Shown here: positions 61,201 through 64,000 of the stretch, piece by piece
How positions within the stretch are numbered: the stretch's first letter is position 1
How the letters are laid out: each line of letters begins with the position of its first letter
Assembly (NCBI GenBank): GCA_032718475.1
Contig: JAUCBJ010003383.1
Span: 124,001-188,000 of the forward strand
Origin: Nemertoderma westbladi
Lineage: Eukaryota; Animalia; Xenacoelomorpha
Reading direction: 5' to 3'
Length of the DNA stretch: 64,000 nucleotides
Program-made: the position numbers and the translations under genes
Notes under the pieces: generated by a model
Databases searched by the model: none
Seen by the model: only the letters and a program-made list of their open reading frames with translations
What the model was told of the DNA's origin: nothing

Positions 61201-64000
61201 GCAGGAAACAACACGCGCTGGTGATCTATCCAGCAGGAAACAACACACGCTCGTGATCTATCAAGCAGGCAACAACACGCGCTGGTGATAGTTCCAGCAG
61301 GCAACAACACACACTCATGATCTATCCAGCAGGAAACAACACGCGCTGGTGATCTATCCAGCAGGAAACAACACGCGCTGGTGATCTATCCAGCAGGAAA
61401 CAACACGCGCTGGTGATCTATCCAGCAGGCAACAACATGCGCTGGTGATAGTTCCAGCAGGCAACAACACGCGCTGGTGATAGTTCCAGCAGCCAACAAC
61501 ACGCACTCGTGATCTACCCAGCAGGAAACAACACACGCTCGTGATCTATCAAGCAGGCAACAACATGCGCTGGTGATAGTTCCAGCAGGCAACAAAACAC
61601 GCTCGTGATCTATCAAGCAGGCAACAACAGGCGCTCTTGATCTATCAAGCAGGCAACAACATGCGCTCTTGATCTATCAAGCGGGCAACAACACACACTC
61701 ATGATCTATCCAGCAGGATACAACACGCGCTGGTGATCTATCCAGCAGGAAACAACACGCGCTGGTGATCTATCCAGCAGGAAACAACACGCGCTGGTGA
61801 TCTATCCAGCAGGAAACAACACGCGCTGGTGATCTATCCAGCAGGCAACAACACACGCTGGTGATCTATCCAGCAGGCAACAACACGCGCTGGTGATCTA
61901 TCCAGCAGGCAACAACACGCGCTGGTATCTATCCAGCAGGAAACAACACGCGCTGGTGATCTATCCAGCAGGCAACAACATGCGCTGGTGATCTATCCAG
62001 TAGGCAACAACACGCACTCATGATCTATCCAGCAGGAAACAACATGCGCTGGTGATCTATCAAGCAGGCAACAACACGCGCTTGTGATCTATCCAGCAGG
62101 AAACAACACGCGCTGGTGATCTATCCAGCAGGCAACAACACGCGCTGGTGATCTATCCAGCAGGAATCAACACGCGCTAGCGATCTATCCAGCAGGCAAC
62201 AACATGCGCTGGGGATAGTTCCAGCAAGCAACAATACGCGCTCGTGATCTATCCAGCAGGAAACAACATTCGCTCGTGATCTATCAAGCAGGCAACAACA
62301 TGCGCTGGTGATAGTTCCAGCAGGCAACAACACGCGATCGTGATCTATCCAGCAGGAAACAACACGCGCCCGTGATCTATCAAGCAGGCAACAACTCGCG
62401 CTGGTGATAGTTCCAGCAGGCAACGACACGCACTCGTGATCTATCCAGCAGGAAACAACACGCGCTCGTGATCTATCAAGCAGGCAACAACACGCGCTGG
62501 TGATAGTTCCAGCAGGCAACAACACGCACTCGTGATCTATCCAGCAGGAAATAACACGCGCTCGTGATCTATCAAGCAGGCAACGACACGCGTTGGTGAT
62601 AGTTCCAGCAGGCAACAACACGCGCTCGTGATCTATCATGCAGGATACAACACACGCTTGTGATCTATCAAGCACACAACAACATGCGCTGGTGATAGTT
62701 CCAGCATGCAACAACACGCACTCGTGATCTATCCAGCAGGAAACAACACGCGCTCGTGATCTATCAAGCAGGCAACAACATGCGCTGGTGATAGTTCAAG
62801 CAGGCAACAACACGCGCTCGTGATCTATCCAGCAGGACACAACACGCGCTCATGATATATCAAGCAGGCAACAACACGCGCTGGTGATAGTTCCAGCAGG
62901 CAACAACACACGCTCGTGATCTATCCAGCAGGAAACAACACATGCTCGTGATCTATCAAGCAGGCAACAACACGCGCTGGTGATAGTTCCAGCAGGCAAC
63001 AACATGCGCTTGTGATCTATCCAGCAGGAAACAACTCGAGCTCGTGATCTATCAAGCAGGAAACAACACACACTGGTGATATTTCCAGCAGGCAACAACA
63101 CGCGCTGGTGATCTATCCAGCAGGCCACAACACGCACTCGTGATCTATCCAGCAGGCAACAACACGCGCTGGTGATCTATCCAGCAGGATACAACACGCG
63201 CTGGTGATCTATCCAACAGGCAACAACATGTGCTGGGGATCTATCCAGCAGGCAACAACAAGCGCTCGTGATCTATCCAGCAGGAAACAACACGCGCTCG
63301 TGATCTATCAAGCAGGAAACAACACACGCTGGTGATATTTCCAGCAGGCAACAATACGCACTCGTGATCTATCCAGCAGGAAAAAACCACACGCGCTTGT
63401 GATCTATCAAGCAGGCAACAACACGCGCTGGTGATAGTTCCAGCAGGCAACAACACGCGCTCATGATCTATTCAGCAGGAAACAACACGCGCTCGTGATC
63501 TATCAAGCAGGCAACAAAACGCGCCGGTGATAGTTCCAACAGACAACGACACGCACTCGTGATCTATCCAGCAGGAAACAACACGCGCTCGTGATCTATC
63601 AAGCAGGAAACAACACACGCTGGTGATATTTCCAGCAGGCAACAACACGCACTCGTGATCTATCCAGCAGGAAATAACACGCGCTTGTGATCTATCAAGC
63701 AGGCAACAACACGCGTTGGTGATAGTTCCAGCAGGCAACAACACGTGCTCGTGATCTATCCAGCAGGATACAACACGCGCTGGTGATCTATCCAGCAGGC
63801 AACAACATGCGCTGGGGATCTATCCAGCAGGCAACAACAAGCGCTCATGATCTATCCAGCAGGAAACAACACGCGCTGGTGATCTATCCAGCAGGCCACA
63901 ACACGCACTCGTGATCTATCCAGCAGGCAACAACACGCGGCGCTGGTGATCTATCCAGCAGGATACAACACGCGCTGGTGATCTATCCAACAGGCAACAA
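58241..64000. repeat. 32-bp satellite array (~180 copies, runs off right edge)
   Basis: Unit GATCTATCCAGCAGGCAACAACACGCGCTGGT; 32-aa periodicity in minus-strand ORFs. Confidence 0.98.

Noticed and set aside
59200-63744. Cys-rich minus-strand ORFs
   Set aside because: Translations of the 32-bp satellite cycling through frames

Overview
AT-rich, repeat-dense window from an animal (probably invertebrate) nuclear genome; the taxon cannot be fixed from the sequence. Host genes reconstructed by eye from GT-AG exons: (1) a five-exon, 313-aa class I SAM-dependent methyltransferase of the JHAMT-like type on + (15888-27446) with an unusual C-terminal transmembrane tail; (2) a two-exon, 301-aa signal-peptide-bearing Cyclase-family (kynurenine formamidase/isatin hydrolase-like) hydrolase on - (38777-41263); (3) the last exon of a tandem paralogue of (2) (54607-55065) that lacks the hydrophobic tail. 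The rest is mostly mobile DNA: an intact piggyBac (10444-13133) and an intact Kolobok-type element (29908-32880), both with TTAA TSDs; a Penelope-like 5' end with inverted hammerhead-bearing repeats; a GIY-YIG remnant; RTE and RTE-X/L2/CR1-like LINE copies; a Nin/Deu-type SINE; Helentron-like (HINE) pieces; and many MITEs. Five tandem arrays are present (31, 63, 21/28, ~162 and 32 bp units), and several sit inside or against mobile elements. No CRISPR array or prokaryotic system is present, and most ORFs in the supplied track are repeat artefacts. All family assignments come from motif recognition, not database searches.
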